Part shown: positions 32,323-40,622 of the stretch, piece after piece | Layout: each line of letters begins with the position of its first letter | Numbering within the stretch: position 1 is the stretch's first letter | Assembly: GCA_937983475.1 (NCBI GenBank) | Contig: CALJZV010000351.1 | Location: 1 to 40,622 of the forward strand | Reading direction: 5' to 3' | Length of the DNA stretch: 40,622 bases | Source: an uncultured Verrucomicrobiales bacterium | GTDB lineage: Bacteria > Verrucomicrobiota > Verrucomicrobiia > Limisphaerales > JACDHS01 | The notes under the pieces: generated by a model | What the model was told of the DNA's origin: nothing | Databases searched by the model: none | What the model saw: only the letters and a program-made list of their open reading frames with translations | Position numbers and translations under genes: made by a program

Positions 32323-34253
32323 TTACCCGAGGATTTTTTTCCAAATTCCGGGTCCACCTTCACCAAAAACGCCACGAGAAAACTCGGAATCGTGGCGATG
32401 ATGACCCATACGAAAAAGTTCTTATACCCGATGATATCCTGCAACCAGCCGCTGAACATGCCCGGAATCATCATGCCCAGCGCCATGAAGCCCGTGCAAA
32501 TGGCGTAGTGCGCGGTCTTGTGCTCGCCTTCGGCAAAATAAATCATGTAGAGCAGGAAGGCCGCAAAACCAAAACCGTAACCGAACTGCTCGATGGCCAC
32601 ACAGGTGTTGATGATTACAAAGTCGTCCGGTTGGGCCATGGCCAGATATACATAGACCAAGTTGGGGAGATTGATGGCGCACACCATGGCGGGCAGCCAG
32701 AATTTGAGGCCGTTCCGGGCGGCGGCGAACCCACCGAGAATGCCTCCCAGAGTCAGGGAGAGAACTCCCACTGTTCCATACACAAACCCGACAGCGCCCG
32801 TGGTTAACGCAAGCCCGCCCACTTCACGGGCATCCAGCAAAAATGGCCCGGCCAGCTTGACGAGTTGGGCCTCGGCAAACCGGTAGCACAGGATGAACGC
32901 AATTGCCAAAAGCGCGCCAGGCTTCCGGAAAAAGGAAGCCAAGGTCTCAAAAAACGCGGCCAGCGCATTGGCGGCGCCGCCCCGGGTCGCATGGTCTGAG
33001 GCTGGCTTGGGCAGGGCGAAATAATGGTAAGCGCAAAAGAGGACAAACAATCCGGCAAGGATGAAAAAGGTGATGGACCACGCCAGTGGGATGTTGCCGG
33101 AACGGGCCACATACACCGCCTCCATTTCACCGGTCAATTTCGGGTCCAGTTGCACAACGGCAGCAAATGGCTTGTCCCAGTTTTTTTCATTGAAGACAAA
33201 GCGCTCGCCCTCAAGCAATTTGAGGCTTTTTCCACCCTGCTTGGGCTTGAAGCTGAGGCCGAAATCGGCCTCGCGACCAAAATTAACCACCAGGGACTGT
33301 CCCTGCTCCACCGGCTTGTTCAGGTAGAAATAAACCACGCCGATGTTCCCGGCATGGGCCGAGGGTGTCGCGGTGTCCTTGGGAAACATTTTGCGAAGGC
33401 TGTTGGCCAGCGGTTGGGAAATGTTTTCGCGCCACCATTTGGAGACGTTGCGCTCCCACCAGGAGGGCTTGGTTTCCACCGGCTTTTCAACCGAGTAAAA
33501 GCCGTGTTCCTGATTCCACTTTTTCACCGAGGCCACCAGATCGCCAATCTCAGCCTTGTCCCGAGTGACAGGCTGGATTTCCAAAGTTTTGGGATGAGCC
33601 AGAATTCGCAGATCCCCTTCGCTCCGCTCCAGATTCACACTCGCAGGGTCAATGGAGGTCACTTTTGAGCCGTCTGCCTTGGCGTAAATGGGAATTTCAA
33701 CCGGAGGCAGGCCGGTTTTATCCTCCAGCGTTCCAGCCAGCATGACCAAGAGCCCCTGCCCGGTGATCATCGCGAGGCGGAAAAACGTGCTGCGCACGCC
33801 GACAAACCACGCCTGCAAATGCTTGGAAAGCCCCAGCATGTAGAAGCCGTCCGCGGCGATATCGTGCGTGGCGGAACTGAACGCCAGCAGGTAAAAGAAC
33901 GCCAGGGTATATTTGACGAAGTTCGATGCCGGAATGGTCAACGCCACTCCCGCCAAACCCGCGCCCACGATGAGCTGCATGAACACGATCCAAAACCGCT
34001 TGGTGCGGAAGATTTCCACAAGCGGGCTCCACAGCGGCTTGATGACCCACGGCAAATAAAACCAGCTCGTGTACAGGGCGATCTCGGTGTTGCTCAGGCC
34101 AAGCCTCTTGTAGAGGATGACCGACAGGGTATTGACCGCGACAAACGGAATGCCTTGGGCAAAATACAACGACGGCACCCAAAACCACGGGCTGCGCTGC
34201 GCCTCCGCCGATTTGGCGCCGACGGTTCCGGACTTGGACTCTGCTGTTTCCAT
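32319..34253 (-). CDS. AmpG-like MFS permease with a ~210-aa central insertion
   Basis: SPWFWVPSLYFAQGIPFVAVNTLSVILYKRLGLSNTEIALYTSWFYLPWVIKPLWSPLVE is AmpG-family-like. There are 6 N-terminal and 6-8 C-terminal hydrophobic segments. A hydrophilic block of about aa 177-388 (nt 33090-33725) separates the two halves. Confidence 0.8.
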   Translation of the reverse strand: METAESKSGTVGAKSAEAQRSPWFWVPSLYFAQGIPFVAVNTLSVILYKRLGLSNTEIALYTSWFYLPWVIKPLWSPLVEIFRTKRFWIVFMQLIVGAGLAGVALTIPASNFVKYTLAFFYLLAFSSATHDIAADGFYMLGLSKHLQAWFVGVRSTFFRLAMITGQGLLVMLAGTLEDKTGLPPVEIPIYAKADGSKVTSIDPASVNLERSEGDLRILAHPKTLEIQPVTRDKAEIGDLVASVKKWNQEHGFYSVEKPVETKPSWWERNVSKWWRENISQPLANSLRKMFPKDTATPSAHAGNIGVVYFYLNKPVEQGQSLVVNFGREADFGLSFKPKQGGKSLKLLEGERFVFNEKNWDKPFAAVVQLDPKLTGEMEAVYVARSGNIPLAWSITFFILAGLFVLFCAYHYFALPKPASDHATRGGAANALAAFFETLASFFRKPGALLAIAFILCYRFAEAQLVKLAGPFLLDAREVGGLALTTGAVGFVYGTVGVLSLTLGGILGGFAAARNGLKFWLPAMVCAINLPNLVYVYLAMAQPDDFVIINTCVAIEQFGYGFGFAAFLLYMIYFAEGEHKTAHYAICTGFMALGMMIPGMFSGWLQDIIGYKNFFVWVIIATIPSFLVAFLVKVDPEFGKKSSGK

Positions 34254-34364
34254 CGGGGGTTAGAATTGCGGCTGACCCACCGGTTGTCACTTCATTTTAT
34301 CCCGCAAAAATGGTTCATTTTGCGGCTTGCCTAAACCACTGGCGATTTGCAGGTTTTTCGCCCG

Positions 34365-35768
34365 ATGAATGTAAACAATGGTTTGCCGTTAATTGCCCCA
34401 AAGATCGTGCCGGTGCTTGACCCGGCGTTCCGGCCCGCGGTGCTGGCCAATCGCGAATTCCGCAGGCAGGCGGAAAACTCGCAACGCGCGGTGCCCGTGA
34501 GGCTCGCCCTCGAGCAGGCCGACGGGTCGGTTTTCCATTATCCCACGGCGGTGTTCGCCACGGACCATCCGCTGGCGGCGGGCAATTTCACCTACGTTGA
34601 GCGCATCGTGAAATTTCTTCTGTGGGCCTGGGGCGGTTACCGCGTTTATGTTCAGGGCCCCAAAACGATTGCCGAACAGTTGCAGCGTCATTTTCGCGAA
34701 ACCCCGACGGGCCGGTTCGACGCCGCCATTATGGGCGACAAAATCTACGAGCGCCCCTTTGAAGTCATTTCCGCCGAATCATTGCCGCCAGCCCGCGCCA
34801 GTTCCGCCCCTTTGGGCCGCCATTTGAATGGGTGCCGGATCGGCTTCGACCTCGGCGGCAGCGACCGCAAGGCGGCGGCGGTCATGGAGGGCAAGGTGGT
34901 TTTCAGCGAGGAAGTGGTCTGGGATCCCTATCACCAGCCCGACCCGCAGTATCATTTCGAGGGAATTATGGACTCGCTCCGCAAGGCCGCCGCTCATCTG
35001 CCACGCGTGGACGCTATCGGAGGCAGCGCTGCGGGCGTGTATGTCAACAACCGGGTCAAGGTTGCCTCGCTGTTTCGGGGCGTGCCGACCGATGCTTTCA
35101 TCAAACGGGTCAAGGATCTGTATTTGGAAATTAAAAAGGTGTGGAACAATGTGCCGCTGGAAATTGTCAATGACGGCGAAGTGACCGCGTTGGCCGGCTC
35201 CATGTCGCTTGGGCAGAACGCGGTGCTGGGTATCGCCATGGGCACCAGCCAGGCCGGCGGCTACGTGACGCCCGAGGGCAATATCACCAGTTGGCTCAAT
35301 GAACTGGCTTTCATGCCGGTGGATTACAATCCCGGCGCGGCGGTGGACGAATGGAGCGGCGATTACGGCTGCGGCGTGCAGTACTTTTCCCAGCAGGCCG
35401 TCGGGAAACTGATCCCCGCGGCGGGCATTCGGGTGGATGCCACCCTGTCGCTTCCGGAAAAATTAAAAGAGGTGCAGCGCCTGATGGCCGCCGGCGACGA
35501 AAGAGCAAAGAAAATTTACCAGACCATCGGCATCTACCTGGGGTACGGCGTGGCGCATTACGCGGATTTTTACGATTTAAAAAATGTGCTCATTTTGGGG
35601 CGGGTCACCAGCGGCCAAGGGGGCGATGTGATTCTGGACGGCGCCCGGGATGTGCTGCGAGTGGAATTCCCAGAACTGTCCCAGCGCATCGTCTTTCACG
35701 TGCCCAACGAGCATGACAAGCGGCACGGGCAGGCCGTCGCGGCGGCAAGTTTGCCCAGGCTTGCCTAA
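34365..35768 (+). CDS. ROK/ASKHA-fold sugar kinase-like protein
   Basis: Phosphate-1-like motif RIGFDLGGSDRKAAAV, IGGSAAGVYVNN, NDGEVTALAG and LGIAMGTSQAGGYV. I chose ATG 34365 (MNVNNGLP) because the track start at 34347 is TTG. The substrate is unknown. Confidence 0.65.
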   Translation: MNVNNGLPLIAPKIVPVLDPAFRPAVLANREFRRQAENSQRAVPVRLALEQADGSVFHYPTAVFATDHPLAAGNFTYVERIVKFLLWAWGGYRVYVQGPKTIAEQLQRHFRETPTGRFDAAIMGDKIYERPFEVISAESLPPARASSAPLGRHLNGCRIGFDLGGSDRKAAAVMEGKVVFSEEVVWDPYHQPDPQYHFEGIMDSLRKAAAHLPRVDAIGGSAAGVYVNNRVKVASLFRGVPTDAFIKRVKDLYLEIKKVWNNVPLEIVNDGEVTALAGSMSLGQNAVLGIAMGTSQAGGYVTPEGNITSWLNELAFMPVDYNPGAAVDEWSGDYGCGVQYFSQQAVGKLIPAAGIRVDATLSLPEKLKEVQRLMAAGDERAKKIYQTIGIYLGYGVAHYADFYDLKNVLILGRVTSGQGGDVILDGARDVLRVEFPELSQRIVFHVPNEHDKRHGQAVAAASLPRLA

Positions 35769-38700
35769 AGTCTGGAAACAGGATCCCCGTTGACCGGCGC
35801 GGCATTGCGTCGCTGTTTCACAGGCAGCGTCACGATGAATGTGGCACCTTCCCCTGGCGCGCTTTTGGCCGTGATGTGCCCGCTGTGGTATTCGGCTATT
35901 TTTCGCGTAATGGCCAGCCCCATGCCTGTGCCTTCATATTCTGACCGGCCATGCAGCCTTTGGAACAATTGAAAAATCCGGTCCACGTATTTGTCCTCGA
36001 ACCCGATCCCGTTATCGCTAACCGTCAGGCGCACCATGTCCACCGGTTCATTTGTTGATGAGCATTGTACACGGAAGGGTTCGGCATGGATTTTCACGAC
36101 GGGTTTGACATCGGGCTTCCGGAATTTCAAGGCATTGCCGACGAGGTTTTGCATCAATTGCCGCATGTGCAGCGGCTCGGCATCAATGGTGGGCAGGTTG
36201 CCGACCTCGACCACCCCGCCGACCTGCTCGATTCGCCCCTCCAGATCGGACAAAACCTCCTCCGTCACTTTACCGAGGCTGACCGGAACGAAGGGCTGGG
36301 ACTTGGTGGTGACACGGGAATAACTAAGCAGATCGTTGATCAGCGATTGCATGCGCACCACCGCCTTGAGCATGCGATCCAGATAATCCTTTCCATCGGC
36401 GCTGAGGCTGTCGTTGCATTTCAGTTTGAGCCGCTCGCCAAACACGCTGACTTTTCTCAACGGCTCCTGAAGGTCGTGCGACGCCACAGAGGCGAAATTT
36501 TCCAGTTCGCGGTTGCTCCGTTCCAGCCTTCCGGCCAAATCCCGGAGCCGCTCCTCGGCGGCTTTGCGCTCGGCCACTTCGGACTTCAATTCCTTGGTTC
36601 GCTCGTCCACCAATGCGACCAGTTCCATTTCCTTAAGTTTCAGATGGCGCATCCTCAGGTGATAGGCTCCCGAGCCGAGGGCGGTTGTGCCGAGAATGCA
36701 CAGAAAATAAAACCACGCCGTCTGGTAAAAATGCGGGGCCAATGAAAATGCCAGCGTGGCCCCGTCATCATTCCAAATGCCGTTGTTGTTGCACGCAATC
36801 ACGCGAAACCGGTAATTGCCAGGCTGGAGGTTGCTGTAGAAGGCCGTCCGGCGTGCTTCGGCATCCACCCAGTCCCGGTCCACGCCCTCCAGCTTGTATT
36901 TGAAGCGGACCTTCTGGGGGGCTCGAAAACTTAAGGCGGTGTAATGGAACTCGACGTCACGCATGCCCGCGTCCAACTGGAGATTTCCCGCAGGTGAAAA
37001 GGTTTTCCGGTTGGCTGTCACTCGCTCGATATAGACCTGCGGCGGCGTCTCGTTGATGGTCATTTTGGAATTGGGATTCACCACGGACAGCCCTTTTGCC
37101 GTGGCAAACCACAATCGCCCGTCAGATCCTTTCCATGCAGAGGGCTTGGCTACGTTGTTACAATCGATGCTGACCATGCCGTCATATTTTCCGTAGGATG
37201 TGTAGGAAATCCGCTTGATCTTGCCTGACAGGAAGTCATTGAAATCTTTTTTCGGCACACGGGAGATTCCAACACGACAACTCATCCAAAAATTTCCCGC
37301 CTCGTCCTCAAGCAACTCGAACACATCATCGCTGAACATGCCCTGCTGTGTCGTGAAGGAAACAAAGCGCCCATCCTTGAACCGGTTCAGGCCGCCGCCA
37401 ACGGTGCCAACCCAAACAGTCCCGTCCTGCTCCTGGTACAGCGAAGCAATATTGACACTAGAAAGTCCTTCGTTTGTGCCAAAATTGGTAAACTTTTTGT
37501 CCTTCCAAAGGGACAGGCCCTCGGTGGTTCCCACCCAAACACCTCCTGTCCGGTCTTCCATCAGGACTTTGACCGTGTCGCCTGCAATCCCGTTTTCGGT
37601 GGTGTAGGTAAACAATTTACGGTTGCGGAAGACCGCAAGGCCCAGATGCGAACCCGCCCAAAGATTATGATCGCTGTCCTCCAAAATCACCCTGACCGTT
37701 ACTGCGGAAAAGCCCATGTTTTGGCCAAAGCGGTGGAACTGTTCTCCGTCAAACTGATAAAAGCCAGCGCCATAATCCGTCCCAACCCAAAATGTTCCAT
37801 CCCGTCCCCTGTGAATTCCCAAAACCAACTCCGAGGGCAGATTTTCCTTGGCGCCATAGGCCGTGAATTTCCCGTCATCAAATTTATTGAGGCCGCCCCC
37901 CCACGTTCCAATCCAAACCGCGCCGTCGCCGTCCTCAAACACCCACACGACATTGTTATGGGCGAGCCCATGCGTTTTGGTGTAAGTGGTAAATGCGCGA
38001 ACACTCAGCCGGTTCAAACCGTCCTTGGCGCCAACCCAGATATTGTGCTCGTGATCCTCAATGATGGCGTTGACCAAGTCGAAGGATAGGCCGTCGCGGT
38101 TACGCTCTATGACAAACTTGCCGCCAGTCATCCGCGTCAGGCCCCCATACGAACCGATCCATAAATTGCCTTCGCTGTCTTCAAAAAGGGTCGTGACAAT
38201 GTTGTCGGCAAGTCCGTCCTTTTTGGTGAACAACTTCTGGTCGCTCCCGCGCCAAAGCCCCTGATTGCCTCCGAACCAAACCTCCCCGTTTTGTGCTACA
38301 TAAACGGTCCTGTATCCGGATTTAATATTTTCAAAGTTGAACTTGCCCTGATGAACACTCGTGAGGTGCTTGCTGGAGGCAATCAAAATCCTCCCGTCCG
38401 CATCCTCGGTAATGGCGCGCACGGCGTGGCTCTCGCAATCGTTCAATTCCTCGACGATGGAGAACTTTCCATCCAGGTAACGCGTCAACGCAAACGGAGT
38501 CCCTTCGCCGCGGCTGCCAATCCACAGCGTGCCGTCTCGCCCTTCATAAAGGCATCGAATGATGTTTCCGGCCAACCCGTCCGCGTCGGTATACCGGGTA
38601 AAGGCGCCTTCCTTGTAACGAAGAAGCCCTCCGCCCTCGGTGCCGATCCAAAGGCTGCCGTCGCGGGTTTCACGCAGGGTGCCGATATTGGCGACCTTCA

Positions 38701-38956
38701 ACTCAGGGGTGTTCTGGGAATTAAAGACCGTGAAGCGAACGCCATCGAAGCGAGCCAATCCATTTTGAGTGCCCACCCAAAGATATCCGTCCGTCGTCTG
38801 CCAAAGGGCTTGCACGGAATTTTGGGGAAGGCCGTCCTCGAATTGCCACCCATGGTGCAAATAGGCGGAGACCTCGCCGTCGGTTGGATTGCGTTGCCCC
38901 TGAACCGGAAGCGCAACAGCCCACCAGAAAAGGACACTCAACGCCCATCTGGCCAT
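35765..38956 (-). CDS. Sensor histidine kinase with periplasmic two-component-regulator propeller repeats and a Y_Y_Y domain
   Basis: Signal peptide MARWALSVLFWWAVALPVQG (ATG 38956). Many Reg_prop repeats (DG.LW(I/V)GT..GL). Y_Y_Y block VEFHYTALSFRAPQKVRFKYKLEGVDRDWVDA...YSNLQPGNYRFRV. TM helix WFYFLCILGTTALGSGAY, a coiled coil, the HisKA H-box FASVASHDLQEPLR, and HATPase N/G boxes (LVGNALKF, DNGIGF, GTGMGLAI). No receiver domain. Confidence 0.9.
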   Translation of the reverse strand: MARWALSVLFWWAVALPVQGQRNPTDGEVSAYLHHGWQFEDGLPQNSVQALWQTTDGYLWVGTQNGLARFDGVRFTVFNSQNTPELKVANIGTLRETRDGSLWIGTEGGGLLRYKEGAFTRYTDADGLAGNIIRCLYEGRDGTLWIGSRGEGTPFALTRYLDGKFSIVEELNDCESHAVRAITEDADGRILIASSKHLTSVHQGKFNFENIKSGYRTVYVAQNGEVWFGGNQGLWRGSDQKLFTKKDGLADNIVTTLFEDSEGNLWIGSYGGLTRMTGGKFVIERNRDGLSFDLVNAIIEDHEHNIWVGAKDGLNRLSVRAFTTYTKTHGLAHNNVVWVFEDGDGAVWIGTWGGGLNKFDDGKFTAYGAKENLPSELVLGIHRGRDGTFWVGTDYGAGFYQFDGEQFHRFGQNMGFSAVTVRVILEDSDHNLWAGSHLGLAVFRNRKLFTYTTENGIAGDTVKVLMEDRTGGVWVGTTEGLSLWKDKKFTNFGTNEGLSSVNIASLYQEQDGTVWVGTVGGGLNRFKDGRFVSFTTQQGMFSDDVFELLEDEAGNFWMSCRVGISRVPKKDFNDFLSGKIKRISYTSYGKYDGMVSIDCNNVAKPSAWKGSDGRLWFATAKGLSVVNPNSKMTINETPPQVYIERVTANRKTFSPAGNLQLDAGMRDVEFHYTALSFRAPQKVRFKYKLEGVDRDWVDAEARRTAFYSNLQPGNYRFRVIACNNNGIWNDDGATLAFSLAPHFYQTAWFYFLCILGTTALGSGAYHLRMRHLKLKEMELVALVDERTKELKSEVAERKAAEERLRDLAGRLERSNRELENFASVASHDLQEPLRKVSVFGERLKLKCNDSLSADGKDYLDRMLKAVVRMQSLINDLLSYSRVTTKSQPFVPVSLGKVTEEVLSDLEGRIEQVGGVVEVGNLPTIDAEPLHMRQLMQNLVGNALKFRKPDVKPVVKIHAEPFRVQCSSTNEPVDMVRLTVSDNGIGFEDKYVDRIFQLFQRLHGRSEYEGTGMGLAITRKIAEYHSGHITAKSAPGEGATFIVTLPVKQRRNAAPVNGDPVSRL

Positions 38957-39154
38957 TTTTAGGACAGGCCCTGAGGCAAAAAGAGTATGGAGTTGACCTT
39001 TGCAACGCCAATGGCAGCCTGCGCTCTTGAAGCAGGCTCCTCCGCCAAAACCACTTGATATTCGGGTGTTTTCCACTGCCTGAAAGTCGGTTCACCCTCA
39101 ACAAGCACCTGATGGGCCAACTTTTCAGGAATTAAGCCCCTTCCGCGCAACCCG

Positions 39155-40432
39155 CTAAAGGCGTGTCAACCAATGAACCAGCGGCGCGACGGCAAACAAC
39201 CCGGCAAAGGTGCCGACCACATTGCCGACAATGGCCATGAGCAAACCAACAACTGCCAGACTGGGTTGGTGCGCCGCGGCGACGACCGGGGCTGACACCG
39301 CTCCGCCCACGTTGGCCTGGCTGGCGGTGACGGCGAAAAACAGCGGCGTCCGGGAGAATTTGACCACAACCAACAACACCGCTCCATGAACGAGCATCCA
39401 GACGATGCCCATGATCAAATATGCCGGAAAGGTGCGAATGACGTTCAAGTTCCCCTCCGCGCCAATGCGGGCCAGAACCAGGAACAACAGCGCGTATCCC
39501 ACCTTGGACGCGCCGTAGCTTTCGAGACGTGAAACCGGCGTGAACGAGCAGCCCAACCCAACCAGCGTCACCAGCACTATCATGATGCTGTATGCGCCGA
39601 ATATGCTGCGCCAAAGTGGACTTTCAATTCCCGCCGTGATGATTTTTTGCAGTTCCGCTCCGAAGAATTTGCAGGCCAACGCCGTGACCAGCGCCAGCGC
39701 AATCATGTAAAGGAACTTAGCCGTTGCGATGGGACGCGATTGGCCTTCGGACACAGCGGCGATGCGCTGGTTGACTTCCTCAATGCGGCGGGTGTCCGCC
39801 TTGAGCCAGCGGTTGATTTTCACCTGGTGCCCCGCGAGCGCAACCAGCAGCGCCATCCACGGATAAGCCACGCACACGTCCACAGCGATCATGGCCGAAT
39901 AGATCTGGCGCTCGACATCGGTTTTGGTTTCGCCCGTGAGGCTTTCCCAGACTGCGGCCATGTTGGCGCTGCCGCCGGTCCAACTGCCGCTCAACGCCGC
40001 GACGCCCTTCCACAGCGATTCCAGGTGCTCGGCGGGCAACGTGCCGGACTTAAACAACGGCAAGATAGCCAGCACGCCCGCAACCGACCCAAGAATCACC
40101 GCCCCGGTCGCTGCCAGCATGATCATCAAAGTGCGACGCCCCAATTTCAGCAGTTCCGGCAGGCTGACCGAGATAAACAACAGAAACAAACTGGTCGGCA
40201 GGAAATAATCCCGAATGACGGTGAACGTGGGCGACTTTTCGGGAAAAAACCCGAAGGTGGCCAGGAGCATGGGAATAAAGTAAAACCAGAAAACCGATGG
40301 CAGAATATTGAAGACTTTCGCCAGGGCGCGGGTTTCTGACAGGCGGTAAATCCCAGCCACAATCGCGCACAAAGCAATGAACAGCGCGATTGGTTCCGCC
40401 TCAAAATAAGCACGTACGGATGCAGGTGTCAT
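39155..40432 (-). CDS. Polytopic membrane protein, DUF819 (YjcL-like) family
   Basis: 425-aa ORF that is almost entirely hydrophobic helices. Its size and two-halves architecture fit DUF819 as I remember it. The family assignment is tentative. Confidence 0.6.
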   Translation of the reverse strand: MTPASVRAYFEAEPIALFIALCAIVAGIYRLSETRALAKVFNILPSVFWFYFIPMLLATFGFFPEKSPTFTVIRDYFLPTSLFLLFISVSLPELLKLGRRTLMIMLAATGAVILGSVAGVLAILPLFKSGTLPAEHLESLWKGVAALSGSWTGGSANMAAVWESLTGETKTDVERQIYSAMIAVDVCVAYPWMALLVALAGHQVKINRWLKADTRRIEEVNQRIAAVSEGQSRPIATAKFLYMIALALVTALACKFFGAELQKIITAGIESPLWRSIFGAYSIMIVLVTLVGLGCSFTPVSRLESYGASKVGYALLFLVLARIGAEGNLNVIRTFPAYLIMGIVWMLVHGAVLLVVVKFSRTPLFFAVTASQANVGGAVSAPVVAAAHQPSLAVVGLLMAIVGNVVGTFAGLFAVAPLVHWLTRL

Positions 40433-40503
40433 GGGCGCTCAAGAGTGCCATCCGCAACGACGGTGGCAATCATTTCCGCCTTAACCACCCGCACTCGATC
40501 CAC

Positions 40504-40622
40504 CTACGCTGCGGGAACCCCAAACCGGTAATGCGCTTCGACGCTGTCCACATCCAAACATTTGCAGACGTGATCCGCCGCCACCATGCCACAGGCGCTG
40601 CGAATTCCCTGGTCCACGCCAT
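40504..40622 (-). CDS. C-terminal fragment of an unidentified protein (gene enters from the right edge)
   Basis: My reverse-complement translation gives ...GVDQGIRSACGMVAADHVCKCLDVDSVEAHYRFGVPAA* with the stop at the complement of 40504-40506. The composition looks protein-like, but the fragment is too short to assign. Confidence 0.35.
   Translation of the reverse strand, partial: GVDQGIRSACGMVAADHVCKCLDVDSVEAHYRFGVPAA

Noticed and set aside
1-40622. Search for rRNA, tRNA, CRISPR arrays, integrases, reverse transcriptases or phage structural genes.
   Set aside because: No intergenic gap exceeds about 320 nt. I saw no repeat-spacer arrays. Apart from the RAYT-like domain inside alaS, no recombinase or RT motifs were seen in any credible ORF.

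Overview
High-GC bacterial chromosomal window (about 60% by eye). Gene content suggests the PVC superphylum (Verrucomicrobiota/Planctomycetota-like), which is an inference. I support about 31 protein-coding genes, mostly housekeeping or envelope functions: alaS, pabB-pabC, an M16 peptidase, LOG, rnhC, mutY, parE, transporters, a VIT-vWA protein, an AmpG/GNAT/M20 operon, a ROK kinase and a Y_Y_Y sensor kinase. I found no rRNA, tRNA or CRISPR array in the intergenic spaces.

Main observations:
1. alaS is an uninterrupted ORF of about 1158 codons. It carries an in-frame insertion of about 650 bp encoding an IS200-like Y1/HUH (RAYT-type) transposase domain. The HUH motif and catalytic Tyr are intact and the domain has no start codon of its own. 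The insertion is bracketed by a perfect 24-nt inverted repeat and arrays of REP-like hairpins whose stems covary.
2. alaS also has a second, smaller in-frame insertion of low GC.
3. A 1388-aa protein combines a TIR domain (candidate catalytic Glu present), one TM helix, a coiled coil, 16 WD40 repeats and a C-terminal domain. It has no STAND NTPase.
4. A lower-GC, translationally coupled two-gene cassette of unknown function lies next to 318 nt of apparently non-coding DNA.

All homology calls come from motif recognition by eye. No database search was run.
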